Shown here one piece after another: positions 1-9,392 of a DNA stretch of 64,000 nt. Below the pieces are notes generated by a model. That model ran no database searches. It saw only the letters and a list, made by a program, of their open reading frames with translations, and was not told the origin of the DNA. The translations under genes were made by a program, and so were the position numbers. How positions within the stretch are numbered: the stretch's first letter is position 1; each line of letters opens with the position of its first letter. Source of the stretch: an uncultured Chloroflexia bacterium (GTDB lineage Bacteria; Chloroflexota; Limnocylindria; Limnocylindrales; CSP1-4); NCBI GenBank assembly GCA_963719145.1, contig CAVRAX010000001.1, positions 263,708-327,707 of the forward strand, read 5' to 3'.

Positions 1-759
1 GAAGGCCCCGACCTTCGGCCCGACCGAGAGGTAGCCGGTCACCGGCGTCGGCGAGCCCTGATAGGCGTCGGGCGTCCAGTAGTGGAACGGGACCGCTGCG
101 ATCTTGAACGCGACCCCTGTCGTCATGAAGGCCAGCCCGAGCGCGAGCCCCGCCGAGATCCCGCTTCCGGCGACGAGCGCCGCCAGGGCCTCGGCGACGC
201 CGGCGACCCGGGTCGTGCCGGTGAGGCCCCAGACGAAGGCCAGGCCGAACAGGAAGATCGCCGAGCTGAACGAGCCGAGGAGGAAGTACTTGATGGCACC
301 CTCGGTCGAGTAGCCGTCGCCCTTGTGGTAGCCGGCCAGCAGGTAGCCGGGCAGGACCATGAGCTCGAGGCCGATGAACAGGACGAGGAGGTCGGCCGAG
401 GCGGAGATGAGCATCGCCCCGGTCATCGCGAAGATGAGCACGATGGCGAACTCCGCGACCGGCAGGCCGCGCGGCTTCAGGTAGTCCGGCCCGAAGACGA
501 TCGTGAGGGCGATGATCCCGATGAAGACGATGTCGAGGAAGGTCGTCAGGTCGTCGACCTTGTAGGACCCGCCGAACGCGGTGGCCGGCGTCGTGCCGGT
601 GACGAGCGTCAGGACGGCCACGATCGCGAGCCCGCCGAGGCTGACGGCGAGCACCGGCTCGCGCCGGCCCGGCCAGGCCACGTCGACGACGATGACCGCG
701 GCCGCGAGGAGGATGGCCGCAGCGAGCGGCGCGATCGTGACGAGGTCCTGGAAGGTCAT
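1..759 (-). CDS. nuoN: NADH-quinone oxidoreductase subunit N (5' part; gene continues beyond window start)
   Basis: Reverse-complement ATG at 757-759 opens MTFQDLVTIAPLAAAILLAAAVIVVDVAWPG..., a typical hydrophobic NuoN N-terminus. It starts 10 nt after the nuoM stop. The ORF is truncated by the window edge. Confidence 0.8.
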   Translation of the reverse strand, partial: MTFQDLVTIAPLAAAILLAAAVIVVDVAWPGRREPVLAVSLGGLAIVAVLTLVTGTTPATAFGGSYKVDDLTTFLDIVFIGIIALTIVFGPDYLKPRGLPVAEFAIVLIFAMTGAMLISASADLLVLFIGLELMVLPGYLLAGYHKGDGYSTEGAIKYFLLGSFSSAIFLFGLAFVWGLTGTTRVAGVAEALAALVAGSGISAGLALGLAFMTTGVAFKIAAVPFHYWTPDAYQGSPTPVTGYLSVGPKVGAF

Positions 760-768
760 CGCGGCGGC

Positions 769-2436
769 CTACGCCCCGGTCTCGGCGGCGGCCCCGCCGG
801 CACCGGCCGAGCCGGCGGCCGCCGGCCGCGGGCCGAACGGCAGGGTCACGATGCGGGCGACGACGACCGCGGCCAGGAGGCCGAGGCCGGCGGCCACGAC
901 GAGGGGGTCGATCGCGATCGCCGTCCCCCTCGCGGCGTCGTTGAGGGCGCTCGTCGCGCTGCCGTCGATCAGCGTCAGGACGATCCCGGGGAAGAGCCCG
1001 AAGGCGACCACGAGCGCGCCGAGCGGGGCGAGGGTCAGGATCTCGACGGGGCTGATGTCGGTCAGGTGGCCGCCGAGGCCGGCCAGGAAGCCCGACAGCT
1101 CGCCGGTCACGACCCGCTGGAACATCCACAGCAGGTAGGCCGCGGCGAGGATCATCACGAACGTCGCGACGGCCGCCGCGGCCGGGATCGCCGCGAAGGT
1201 GCCGACCAGGGTCAGGAACTCGCCGACGAAGCCGGACAGGCCGGGCAGCCCGGCCGAGGCGAAGACGAAGAATCCAAGGATCGCGGCATAGACGGGCGTC
1301 TTCGCCGCGAGCCCGCCCATCTTCGCGATCGTCCGATCGTGGGTCCGCTCGTAGATGACCCCGACGAGGAGGAACAGGGCCCCGGTGATGAGGCCGTGGT
1401 TGACCATCTGGAGGATCGCCCCGGCCATGGCCTGCGGCTGGAAGACGAAGATCCCCAGGGTCACGAAGCCCATGTGGCTGACGGACGAGTAGGCGACGAG
1501 CTTCTTGAGGTCGGGCTGGACGAGGGCCACGATCGCGCCGTAGATGATCGCGATCAGGCTCAGGACGATGATCGCCGGGGCGTACGTCTGGGCCGCGTCG
1601 GGGTAGAGCGACAGGGTCCAGCGGATGAAGCCATAGCCGCCGAGCTTCAGGAGGACGCCGGCCAGGATCACCGAGCCGGCGGTCGGCGCTTCGACGTGGG
1701 CGTCCGGCAGCCAGGTGTGGAACGGGAACATCGGGACCTTGATCGCAAAGGCCAGGAAGAACGCCGCGAAGGCGAGGAGCTGCAGGGTGTCGCCGAAGCC
1801 GACGCCCTGCGTCGCGTACTGGCGGAGGACCACGAAGTCGAAGGCCCCGGTCCAGTCGCCGCCGTGGGCCGCCTGGAAGGCGAACGCCGTGGCCAGGATC
1901 GCGACGAGCATGAGCAGCGAGCCGACGAGGGTGTAGAGGACGAACTTGATCGTCGCGTAGATCCGGTTGGCGCCGCCCCAGATGCCGATGATCAGGTACA
2001 TCGGGACGAGGACGATCTCCCAGAAGATGTAGAAGAGGAACGCGTCGAGGGCCAGGAAGACGCCGATCATCCCGACCTCGAGGACCAGGAACGAGATCAT
2101 GTATTCCTTGATCCGGGTCTGGATCGGCTTGAAGCTCGCCAGGATGCTGACCCAGGTCAGGGTCGTCGTCAGGACGACGAGGGCGAGCGAGAGGCCGTCG
2201 ACGCCGAGCTTGTACTCGATGCCGAAGTGGGGAATCCAGCCGAGCTCCTCGACGAACTGGAAGAGGCCGCCTCGCTCCGATGAGAACCCCAGCACGAGGA
2301 GCAGCGAGGCCACCCAGGCGATGAGCGCGGCGGCGAGCGCGATCGGCCGGGCATAGCGGGCCGGGAAGAACGCCACCACGAGCGCCCCGACCAGCGGGAC
2401 GAAGGTGATGATCGACAGGATCGGCAGGCCACCCAT
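769..2436 (-). CDS. nuoM: NADH-quinone oxidoreductase subunit M
   Basis: 555-aa ORF with antiporter-like TM helices and conserved NuoM/ND4 motifs (HTWLPDAHVEAPTAGSVILAGVLLKLGGYG). Confidence 0.95.
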   Translation of the reverse strand: MGGLPILSIITFVPLVGALVVAFFPARYARPIALAAALIAWVASLLLVLGFSSERGGLFQFVEELGWIPHFGIEYKLGVDGLSLALVVLTTTLTWVSILASFKPIQTRIKEYMISFLVLEVGMIGVFLALDAFLFYIFWEIVLVPMYLIIGIWGGANRIYATIKFVLYTLVGSLLMLVAILATAFAFQAAHGGDWTGAFDFVVLRQYATQGVGFGDTLQLLAFAAFFLAFAIKVPMFPFHTWLPDAHVEAPTAGSVILAGVLLKLGGYGFIRWTLSLYPDAAQTYAPAIIVLSLIAIIYGAIVALVQPDLKKLVAYSSVSHMGFVTLGIFVFQPQAMAGAILQMVNHGLITGALFLLVGVIYERTHDRTIAKMGGLAAKTPVYAAILGFFVFASAGLPGLSGFVGEFLTLVGTFAAIPAAAAVATFVMILAAAYLLWMFQRVVTGELSGFLAGLGGHLTDISPVEILTLAPLGALVVAFGLFPGIVLTLIDGSATSALNDAARGTAIAIDPLVVAAGLGLLAAVVVARIVTLPFGPRPAAAGSAGAGGAAAETGA

Positions 2437-2439
2437 CGC

Positions 2440-4423
2440 CTAGCGCCCCGCGATCATGAGGTACGACCCGACCATCACGATCAGCCCGATCGCGATGCCG
2501 AGGGCGTAGTTCTGGACGTGGCCGGTCTGGACCCGGGCGAGGCCGCCGCCGCTGCGGCGGGTGACCGAGCCGATGCCGTTGACGATCCCGTCGACGACGT
2601 TGACGTCGAACCACCACATGAACGCCGCGATCCGGCCGCCGATGACGATGAAGAGGAGGTGGTTGAGATCGTCGAACCACCACTTGTTGAGCGAGGCTCG
2701 GTAGAGGAACGGGATCCGCGCCGAGAGGCTGCGGACGTCGGCCTGGCGCGGCCGGGCCCGCAGGCCGGCGATCTCGACCCCGAACAGGCGCCACGCGACG
2801 AGCATGCCGCCGAGGGCGACGGCGATGCTGACGAGGATCAGGGCCCCGTCGATGCCGAAGATCGCGAACGCTTCCTCGTGACGGCCGAGGATCGCGAGGC
2901 CGTGCTCGTAGACCGGCTCCAGCCAGCCGGCCAGGAGGCCCGGGCCCTCCGCCCCGACGAGCGGCCCGAGCGGCGGGCCGGGCCAGCTCAGGATCAGGCC
3001 GAGCACGAGCGACGGGATCGCGAGGAGCCACAGCGGGATGGTCATCACGCGGGGCGACTCGTGGATCTTCGGCTCGACCTCCGGGTCGACCCGGCTCTCG
3101 CCCCAGAACGTCAGGCCGATGAGCCGGAACATGTAGAACGCGGTCATGATCGCGACGACGACGCCGATCGCCCAGACCCAGGCGAAGCCCGCCTTGTAGG
3201 CCTCGCCGAGGATCTCGTCCTTGGAGAAGAAGCCGGCCAGCGGCGGGATGCCCGGAGATGGCGACCGCGCCGATGAGCATCGTCCAGTAGGTGTGCGGGA
3301 TCTTCTTCGCCAGGCCGCCCATCTTCCGCATGTCCTGCTCCTCGTGGACGGCGTGGATGACCGAGCCGGAGCCGAGGAACAGCAGGCCCTTGAAGAAGCC
3401 GTGGGTCATGAGGTGGAAGATCGCCGCCGTCCAGGCGCCGACGCCCAGGGCCGCGAACATGTAGCCGAGCTGGCTGAGCGTGGAATACGCCAGGACCCGC
3501 TTGATGTCGGTCTGGGTCATCGCGATCGAGGCGGCCAGGATCGCGGTGAAGATGCCGATCCCGGCCACGACCACCATCACCTCCGGCGCGCTGGCGAAGA
3601 TCGGGTTGGCCCGGGCCACGAGGTAGACGCCGGCGTTGACCATCGTCGCGGCGTGGATGAGGGCGCTGACCGGCGTCGGGCCCTCCATCGCGTCCGGCAG
3701 CCAGACGTGGAGCGGGAACTGGGCGCTCTTGCCGACGGCCCCGGCGAAGACGAGCAGGGCGATGAGCCAGACCGGCACCGGGAAGGCGACCAGGGTCGGG
3801 CTCGTCAGGACCCGGATGGAGTCCTGGATGTTGAGGGTCCCCGTGTCGACGAAGATCGCCATGATCCCCAGGGCGAAGCCGACGTCGCCGACGCGGTTGA
3901 CGAGGAAGGCCTTCTTGGCCGCCAGCGAGGCCGAGTTCTTGCGGTACCAGAATCCGATGAGCAGGTAGGAGCAGAGGCCCACCAGCTCCCAGGCCACGAA
4001 GACCGTCAGCCAGCTGTCGCCGAGGACGAGCAGCAGCATCGAGAACATGAACAGGTTGAGGTAGGCGAAGAAGCGCCAGTAGCCCGGGTCGTGGCTCATG
4101 TAGCCGATCGAGTAGACGTGGACGAGCAGCCCGATCGTCGTGACGACGATGAGCAGGCAGGCCGTCAGGTTGTCGACGACGAAGGCCGCCTCGACCTGGA
4201 ACGTCCCGGCCGGGATCCAGTCCCACAGCCGGACCGTGACGCTGCCCTCGGCGAAGCCGCCGGTGAGGGCGGTCGCGACGACGATCATCGCGATGACCCA
4301 CGAGGCGAAGACCGCGCCGACGGGGATCCAGTGGGCCTGCTTGCCGAGCCGTCGCCCGATCACGGCGGTGATGACGAACCCGGCGAGGGGCAGCCCGGCG
4401 ATGAGCGGGATCAGGACGTCCAT
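2440..4423 (-). CDS. nuoL: NADH-quinone oxidoreductase subunit L, interrupted by an apparent +1 frameshift at 3251-3253 (pseudogene or sequencing error)
   Basis: Frame A from the ATG at 4421-4423 (rc) reads [15 protein letters not shown] ... LSQLGYMFAALGVGAWTAAIFHLMTHGFFKGLLFLGSGSVIHA...IPHTYWTMLIGAVAISG. Conserved NuoL sequence then continues in a different frame as ...GIPPLAGFFSKDEILGEAYKAGFAWVWAIGVVVAIMTAFYMF..., which is the 2440-3147 ORF. One extra C in the CCC run at 3251-3253 (GGG on the coding strand) accounts for the shift. Confidence 0.8.
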
Positions 4424-4734
4424 CAGCGCCGCATCGCGTCGTACTCGTCGACGAGCGGCGTCTTCCGGTTCCGGTAGATCGCGATGACGATGGCCAGGCC
4501 GACCGTCGCCTCGGCGGCGGCCACGGCGATGACCATCAGGGCGATGACCGCGCCGTCGGCCTTGAGGTCGGGGATGAACGAGCCGAAGGCGACGATGGCG
4601 AGGTTGACCGCGTTGAGCATGAGCTCGATCGACATCAGCATGCTGATCGCGTTCCGGCGGGCAAGGAACCCGAACGTGCCGATCGCGAACAGGGCGCCCG
4701 ACAGGATGAGGTAGGTGTCGAGGGAGTCGGCCAT
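4423..4734 (-). CDS. nuoK: NADH-quinone oxidoreductase subunit K
   Basis: 103-aa [51 protein letters not shown]..., a typical NuoK. Its stop overlaps the nuoL start (TGATG). Confidence 0.95.
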   Translation of the reverse strand: MADSLDTYLILSGALFAIGTFGFLARRNAISMLMSIELMLNAVNLAIVAFGSFIPDLKADGAVIALMVIAVAAAEATVGLAIVIAIYRNRKTPLVDEYDAMRR

Positions 4735-5339
4735 CAGTCGGGCTCCACGCCGGCGTCGGCGCTCGGCTCCCGCTTGGCGATGAAGACCCCGCCGATCACC
4801 GCCGCGAGGAGGAGGACGCTGACGATCTCGAACGGCAGGACGTACTGGTCGAAGAGCACCCCGGCCAGGGTGTCCGTGGCCAGGCGGATCCGGTGGCTCA
4901 CCGCGCCCCAGTCGGTCGCCGAGACCCCGAGGCCGATGAGGACCGCGAGGACGATCGCGGCGACCGCGGCCGGCGCCGCCTGGGTCTGGAAGACGAGGCG
5001 GGCGGGCGCGGCCTTCGACTGGGTGAGCATGATCGCGAAGAGGATGAGGACGCTGATCGCGCCGATGTAGACGATGACCTGGGCGGCGGCCACGAGCGGG
5101 GCGCCGACGACGACGTAGATGCCGGCCAGGGCCAGGAAGCAGACGATCATGGCCAGGCCGCAGCGGATGATGTCCCGCATCGTCACAACGGCCAGGGCCG
5201 AAGCGAGCATGAGCGTGGCCAGGGCGGCCAGCAGGGCGTCGTCCACCGAGCCGCCGCCGAGCATGTAGACGAGGATCGCCGGGGTCGTCACGATCGCGCC
5301 CGCGACCGCCGCGGCGATGAGGTAGAGCCAGGCCCGCAT
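4734..5339 (-). CDS. nuoJ: NADH-quinone oxidoreductase subunit J
   Basis: C-terminal 201 aa of track ORF 4734..7553, starting at [17 protein letters not shown] (ATG rc at 5337-5339); NuoJ-like TM protein. The upstream part of that track ORF is an out-of-frame artefact. Confidence 0.85.
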   Translation of the reverse strand: MRAWLYLIAAAVAGAIVTTPAILVYMLGGGSVDDALLAALATLMLASALAVVTMRDIIRCGLAMIVCFLALAGIYVVVGAPLVAAAQVIVYIGAISVLILFAIMLTQSKAAPARLVFQTQAAPAAVAAIVLAVLIGLGVSATDWGAVSHRIRLATDTLAGVLFDQYVLPFEIVSVLLLAAVIGGVFIAKREPSADAGVEPD

Positions 5340-5347
5340 CGTGCCGC

Positions 5348-7990
5348 CTACTTCGCGGGGGCGTGCGTGCCGCCCGCGCCGCCGCCGTCGTGGCCGTTCG
5401 TCGTCAGGGCCGAGCCACCGTTCGCGCCGTTCCCGCCGCCGATCGTCAGGCTCGCCGGCAGGACCGGCAGGAGCCTGCCGCGATCCACGAACCGGCCCTC
5501 GTCCGCGGCCCGCTGGAGCCAGTCGCGCTCCTTGTGGATGTAGGTCATCTCGGTCTCGCGGTCGACCTCGGCGAGGGCCATGAGGTCGATCATCGGCTCG
5601 GCCCGGCTGGTGTGCGAGAGCTCGAACTCGCCGCCGTCGCGGAGGGCGTCGTAGGGGCAGGCGTCGACGCAGATGCCGCACAGGATGCAGCGGCTCTCGT
5701 CGACCTCGTACTTGGTCAGGACCCGCGGCTTCGGCATGAGCGCGCCGGTCGGACAGGTCTCGGCGCAGCGGCCGCAGGACACGCAGGGCGTGTCGTTGAG
5801 GCTCATGTCGAGCGGCGTCGTCACGAGGGTGTCGAAGCCGATCCGCATGAAGTCGTAGCAGGCGGCGCCGACGACCTCCGAGCAGACCTGGGCGCAGCGG
5901 CCGCAGTCGATGCAGCGTGACGGCTCGCGGAGGATGAACGCGTGGCTGTCGTCGCGGATGTAGTCGTGGTTGACGCCGGTGAAGCGGTTCTCCGTGACGC
6001 TCCGGTAGCCCGCCCCCTGGTGGTACTGCGGCTCGAGCGTCTGGAGCGTCGTCCCGTACTCGATCCCGAGGCGCCGGAGGTCGCAGAAGCCGATGGCCTC
6101 GCAGGTGCACTGGAGGCAGCGGGTCGACTCGGCGACCGCCTCGGCCCGCGAGTAGGGGATCTCGTACTCGACATAGCTCGTGTTGCGGGCCTCGGCCTCG
6201 AGGGCCTTCAGGCGGTAGCGCGGCTCCTTCACCTCGGCGGTGAAGGGCACGATCGAGAGGAACTCCGGCTTGGGCTCGGCGAGCGTCTGGCGGGTCTTGA
6301 TCTCGGCAAGGTCGTGACCGCGCAGGAAGGCGTCGACCGCGTAGGCCGAGCGGCGGCCCTCGGCGACCGCCTCGACGACCGTGGCGGCCCCCATCCGGAC
6401 ATCGCCGCTGGCGAAGACGCCGGGCCGGCCCGTCTCGAAGGTCACCGCGTCCGCCTGGAGGCGCCGGTTCCTGGTGGCCGTGGGGCCCGTGGAGCCGGGT
6501 CCGATCCAGTCGAGCTCGGGACCCTGGCCGATGGCCAGGAGGACCCGGTCGCAGGGGATCGTGAACTCGGTCCCGGGGGCCGGCTCGGGGCGGCGCCGGC
6601 CCGACGCGTCGGGCTCGCCCAGGGCCATCCGGATGAACTCGACCCCGGTGACGTCGCCCTTCTTGTCGGTCATGACCCGGGTCGGGCCGGCCTGGAAGAT
6701 CGCGGTCACGCCCTCCTCGATCGCCTCGTGGACCTCGCCTGCCGCCGGCATGTCCTTCATGTCGCGGCGATAGACGAGGGTGACCTCCTTCGCGCCCTGG
6801 CGAACGGAGGTCCGCGAGCAGTCCATCGAGGTGAAGCCGCCGCCGATGACGATGACCCGTTTGCCCGCGTGGTCCGGGTAGGGCAGGCCGAGGGTCGCCG
6901 TCCGGAGGTACTCGAGGCCGTCGAGCACCTCTGCGGCGTCCTCGCCCGGGATTCCCAGCTTGTTGGTGTCGTAGCAGCCGATCGCGATCAGGACGGCGTC
7001 GAAGCCCTGGAACTGGAGGTCGTCGAGGGTGAAGTCGCGGCCCAGGCCCTGGTTGCAGACGATCGCGCCGCCCAGCCGGGTCACCGACTCGTATTCCGCC
7101 TCCAGGACCTCGACCTTCGGCAGGCGGTACTGGGGGATGCCGTAGCGGAGCATCCCGCCGGGGGCCGGGTCGCGCTCGAAGACGGTGACGTCGTGGCCGT
7201 TGATGAGCAGGTAATAGGCGGCGGCCATGCCGGCCGGCCCCGAGCCGATGACCGCAACCTTGCGGCCGGTCTTCGCCTGGACCTCGAACGGGACGGGCGG
7301 ATCCTGTCCGTCGTCGAGCATCGCCTTGAGGACCTGGTCGCCGGCGTAGCGATGGCTGTCGCGGATGGCGATCGCCTCGTCGACCTCGTCGCGCCGGCAA
7401 TGCTCCTCGCAGGGCGCCGGGCAGACCCGCCCGAGGACCGACGGGAAGGGGATCGTTCGCTTGAAGATCCGGGTCGACTCGCGCCAGTTGGCGCTGGCGT
7501 TCTCTTTCAGGAAGCCCGGGATGTCGATGTGGCTGGGGCACTTGTTCTGGCACGGCGGCAGGCAGTAGGCGTTGTGGTCGCTGAAGATCAGCTCGAGGTT
7601 CGTCCGCCGCAGGCGGCGCAGCGCCTCGGTCTGGGTCTGGACCGTCATCCCGTCCTCGGCGTCGCGGGAGCAGCTGATCGGCGGGTGCTCCTCACCCTCG
7701 ACCTCGACGACGCACATCCGGCAGGCGCCGAAGCCGGGCAGCTTCGGCTCGTAGCAGAGCGTCGGGATCTCGATCCCGTTGTCCCGGCAGACCTCCAGGA
7801 TCGTCTGGCCCTCGAGGCCCTCGACGACGCGCCCGTCGACCTCCATCCGGATCGGCGGCGTCGACTGGGGGCGCTGCGGGGCCTGGGTCGTGATCAGGCG
7901 CTCGGCGAGCGTGTCCTCCCGCGCCGTGACCGTGTCGTACACGATCGGCGTGTCGGGGCGGTTGTCCGGGCGCGTGATCAGGTCTGCCAA
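5348..7990 (-). CDS. Chimeric Fe-S flavoprotein: NuoG-type N-terminal 2Fe-2S domain, GltD/PreT/NfnB-like NAD(P)H:FAD oxidoreductase, NuoG-type 4Fe-4S segment, NuoI C-terminal half
   Basis: 880-aa ORF with TTG start at 7990 (alternative ATG at 7846, [10 protein letters not shown]). 2Fe-2S motif [19 protein letters not shown]. GltD/DPD N-terminus [20 protein letters not shown]...[22 protein letters not shown] plus Rossmann segment [18 protein letters not shown]. NuoG-like [16 protein letters not shown]...[21 protein letters not shown]-terminus [24 protein letters not shown]...EFEL aligns with the second half of NuoI (E. coli [32 protein letters not shown]). No molybdopterin-like NuoG domain. 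Confidence 0.8.
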   Translation of the reverse strand: MADLITRPDNRPDTPIVYDTVTAREDTLAERLITTQAPQRPQSTPPIRMEVDGRVVEGLEGQTILEVCRDNGIEIPTLCYEPKLPGFGACRMCVVEVEGEEHPPISCSRDAEDGMTVQTQTEALRRLRRTNLELIFSDHNAYCLPPCQNKCPSHIDIPGFLKENASANWRESTRIFKRTIPFPSVLGRVCPAPCEEHCRRDEVDEAIAIRDSHRYAGDQVLKAMLDDGQDPPVPFEVQAKTGRKVAVIGSGPAGMAAAYYLLINGHDVTVFERDPAPGGMLRYGIPQYRLPKVEVLEAEYESVTRLGGAIVCNQGLGRDFTLDDLQFQGFDAVLIAIGCYDTNKLGIPGEDAAEVLDGLEYLRTATLGLPYPDHAGKRVIVIGGGFTSMDCSRTSVRQGAKEVTLVYRRDMKDMPAAGEVHEAIEEGVTAIFQAGPTRVMTDKKGDVTGVEFIRMALGEPDASGRRRPEPAPGTEFTIPCDRVLLAIGQGPELDWIGPGSTGPTATRNRRLQADAVTFETGRPGVFASGDVRMGAATVVEAVAEGRRSAYAVDAFLRGHDLAEIKTRQTLAEPKPEFLSIVPFTAEVKEPRYRLKALEAEARNTSYVEYEIPYSRAEAVAESTRCLQCTCEAIGFCDLRRLGIEYGTTLQTLEPQYHQGAGYRSVTENRFTGVNHDYIRDDSHAFILREPSRCIDCGRCAQVCSEVVGAACYDFMRIGFDTLVTTPLDMSLNDTPCVSCGRCAETCPTGALMPKPRVLTKYEVDESRCILCGICVDACPYDALRDGGEFELSHTSRAEPMIDLMALAEVDRETEMTYIHKERDWLQRAADEGRFVDRGRLLPVLPASLTIGGGNGANGGSALTTNGHDGGGAGGTHAPAK

Positions 7991-8000
7991 GCTCGGGGCC

Positions 8001-9392
8001 TCAATGCGTCGCGCTCGCCGCCATCGCGACCGGATGGCAGACGCCGGCGGGGCAGGAGCTGCGCTCGAGATGCTCGTCGAGCTCCGCTCTGAAGTATCGC
8101 ATCCCGCTCATGAGCGGGAGGGTCGCCAGGCGCTCGTGGTCGCACAGGGCCGAGCCCACGATGTCCTCGGCGAGGTTGGCGAGGAGGTCCAGGTCCCCGG
8201 CCCGCGACGTGCCGGCCGCGAGATGGTCGCCGATCTCCGACAGCCGCCGCGTGCCGATCCGGCAGGGGATCGTCTTGCCACAGGCCTCGTCGGCGCAGTA
8301 GCGCGTCAGGACCCGGGCGACGTCGACGATGCAGGCCCGATCGTCGGCCACGATGATCGACCCGGAGCCGATGTGGGCGCCGACCTCGCGGAGCGGCCCG
8401 AAGGCGTACGGGGTGTCGAGCAGCGCCGGCGGCAGGATCCCTCCCGAGGGGCCGCCGACGAGAACAGCCTTCACGGATCTCCCCGGCCCGAGTGGGCCGC
8501 CAAGAGCCGTCACCTCGCGGAGCGGCGTGCCCAGCGGAACCTCGGCGACACCCGACCGCTCGCCGCCACGGACCTGGACGAGGATCGTGCCCGGGCTGTC
8601 GGGGGCGCCGATCGCGCCGAAGGCGTCGGCCCCGTTGACGAGGATCCAGGGGATCGCGGCCAGGGTCTGGACGTTGTGGACGACCGTCGGCAGGCCCCGA
8701 AGGCCCCGCGTCGCGGGGTGGGGCGGGCGCTGCTCCGGCTGGCCCCGCTTGCCCTCGAGGGCCTTGAGGAGAATCGTCTCCTCGCCCAGGAGGTAGGCGC
8801 CCTGGACGGCCTGGATCGCCACGTCGAGATGGCGGCCGGCGCCCAGGACGTTCGAGCCGACGAAGCCGGCCTCGGCGGCGGCGGCCAGCGCCGCCTCGAG
8901 CGTGCGGATCGTGGTCGTCGCGTCCGACCGGACGGCGATGATCGCCTCCTCCGCGCCGATGGCGAAGGCGGCGATCGCCAGGCCTTCGATGACCGCGTAC
9001 GGGTTGCCCTCGAGGACCGCCCGATCCGTCTGGCTGGCCGGGTCGGCGCCGAAGCCGTTGGCGACGACGACACGGCCCCGGGCAGGCGTCTCGCTCGCGG
9101 CTCGCCACTTGTCGGCCGCCGGATACCCGGCGCCGCCGCGACCCCGGAGCCCCGAGGCGCCGACCGCGGCGATCGTGGCCGTCGCCCCGAGGTCGCGGAC
9201 CGCCTTCCGGAGGCCCTCGAAGGCGCCGGCGCGGACGGCCGCGTCGAGATTCGTCGGATCGGTCTGATCGGGCGCCGGCTGCGGGGCGATCTTCTTGCCG
9301 GCCTTCGAACGCCTCGGCGCGCCGGCCGTGGGCCGAGGCAGGAGGATCGCCGGCCAGCCCTTCGGCGTGTCGAGGATCGTGATGTTGCTCAT
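8001..9392 (-). CDS. nuoF: NADH-quinone oxidoreductase subunit F (51 kDa flavoprotein) with a variant N3 cluster motif
   Basis: 463 aa from MSNITILD (ATG rc at 9390-9392); the track ORF 8001..9890 extends upstream out of context. FMN/NADH glycine motif GASGLRGRGGAGYP, then NPYAVIEGLAIAAFAIGA. The N3 region reads EACGKTIPCRIG...LCDHE rather than the canonical CGxCxPC. Confidence 0.9.
   Translation of the reverse strand: MSNITILDTPKGWPAILLPRPTAGAPRRSKAGKKIAPQPAPDQTDPTNLDAAVRAGAFEGLRKAVRDLGATATIAAVGASGLRGRGGAGYPAADKWRAASETPARGRVVVANGFGADPASQTDRAVLEGNPYAVIEGLAIAAFAIGAEEAIIAVRSDATTTIRTLEAALAAAAEAGFVGSNVLGAGRHLDVAIQAVQGAYLLGEETILLKALEGKRGQPEQRPPHPATRGLRGLPTVVHNVQTLAAIPWILVNGADAFGAIGAPDSPGTILVQVRGGERSGVAEVPLGTPLREVTALGGPLGPGRSVKAVLVGGPSGGILPPALLDTPYAFGPLREVGAHIGSGSIIVADDRACIVDVARVLTRYCADEACGKTIPCRIGTRRLSEIGDHLAAGTSRAGDLDLLANLAEDIVGSALCDHERLATLPLMSGMRYFRAELDEHLERSSCPAGVCHPVAMAASATH

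Noticed and set aside
82-2283. 733-aa plus-strand ORF rich in D/E/R/G
   Set aside because: Antisense to the conserved nuoN/nuoM genes, with low-complexity charged composition typical of high-GC antisense frames. Not a gene.
3144-4301. 385-aa minus-strand ORF inside nuoL (and the plus-strand 3221..4477 ORF)
   Set aside because: Wrong reading frames of the nuoL region (Arg/Pro/Gly-rich). The true NuoL frame gives conserved antiporter motifs. Only the frameshift at ~3251 is real.
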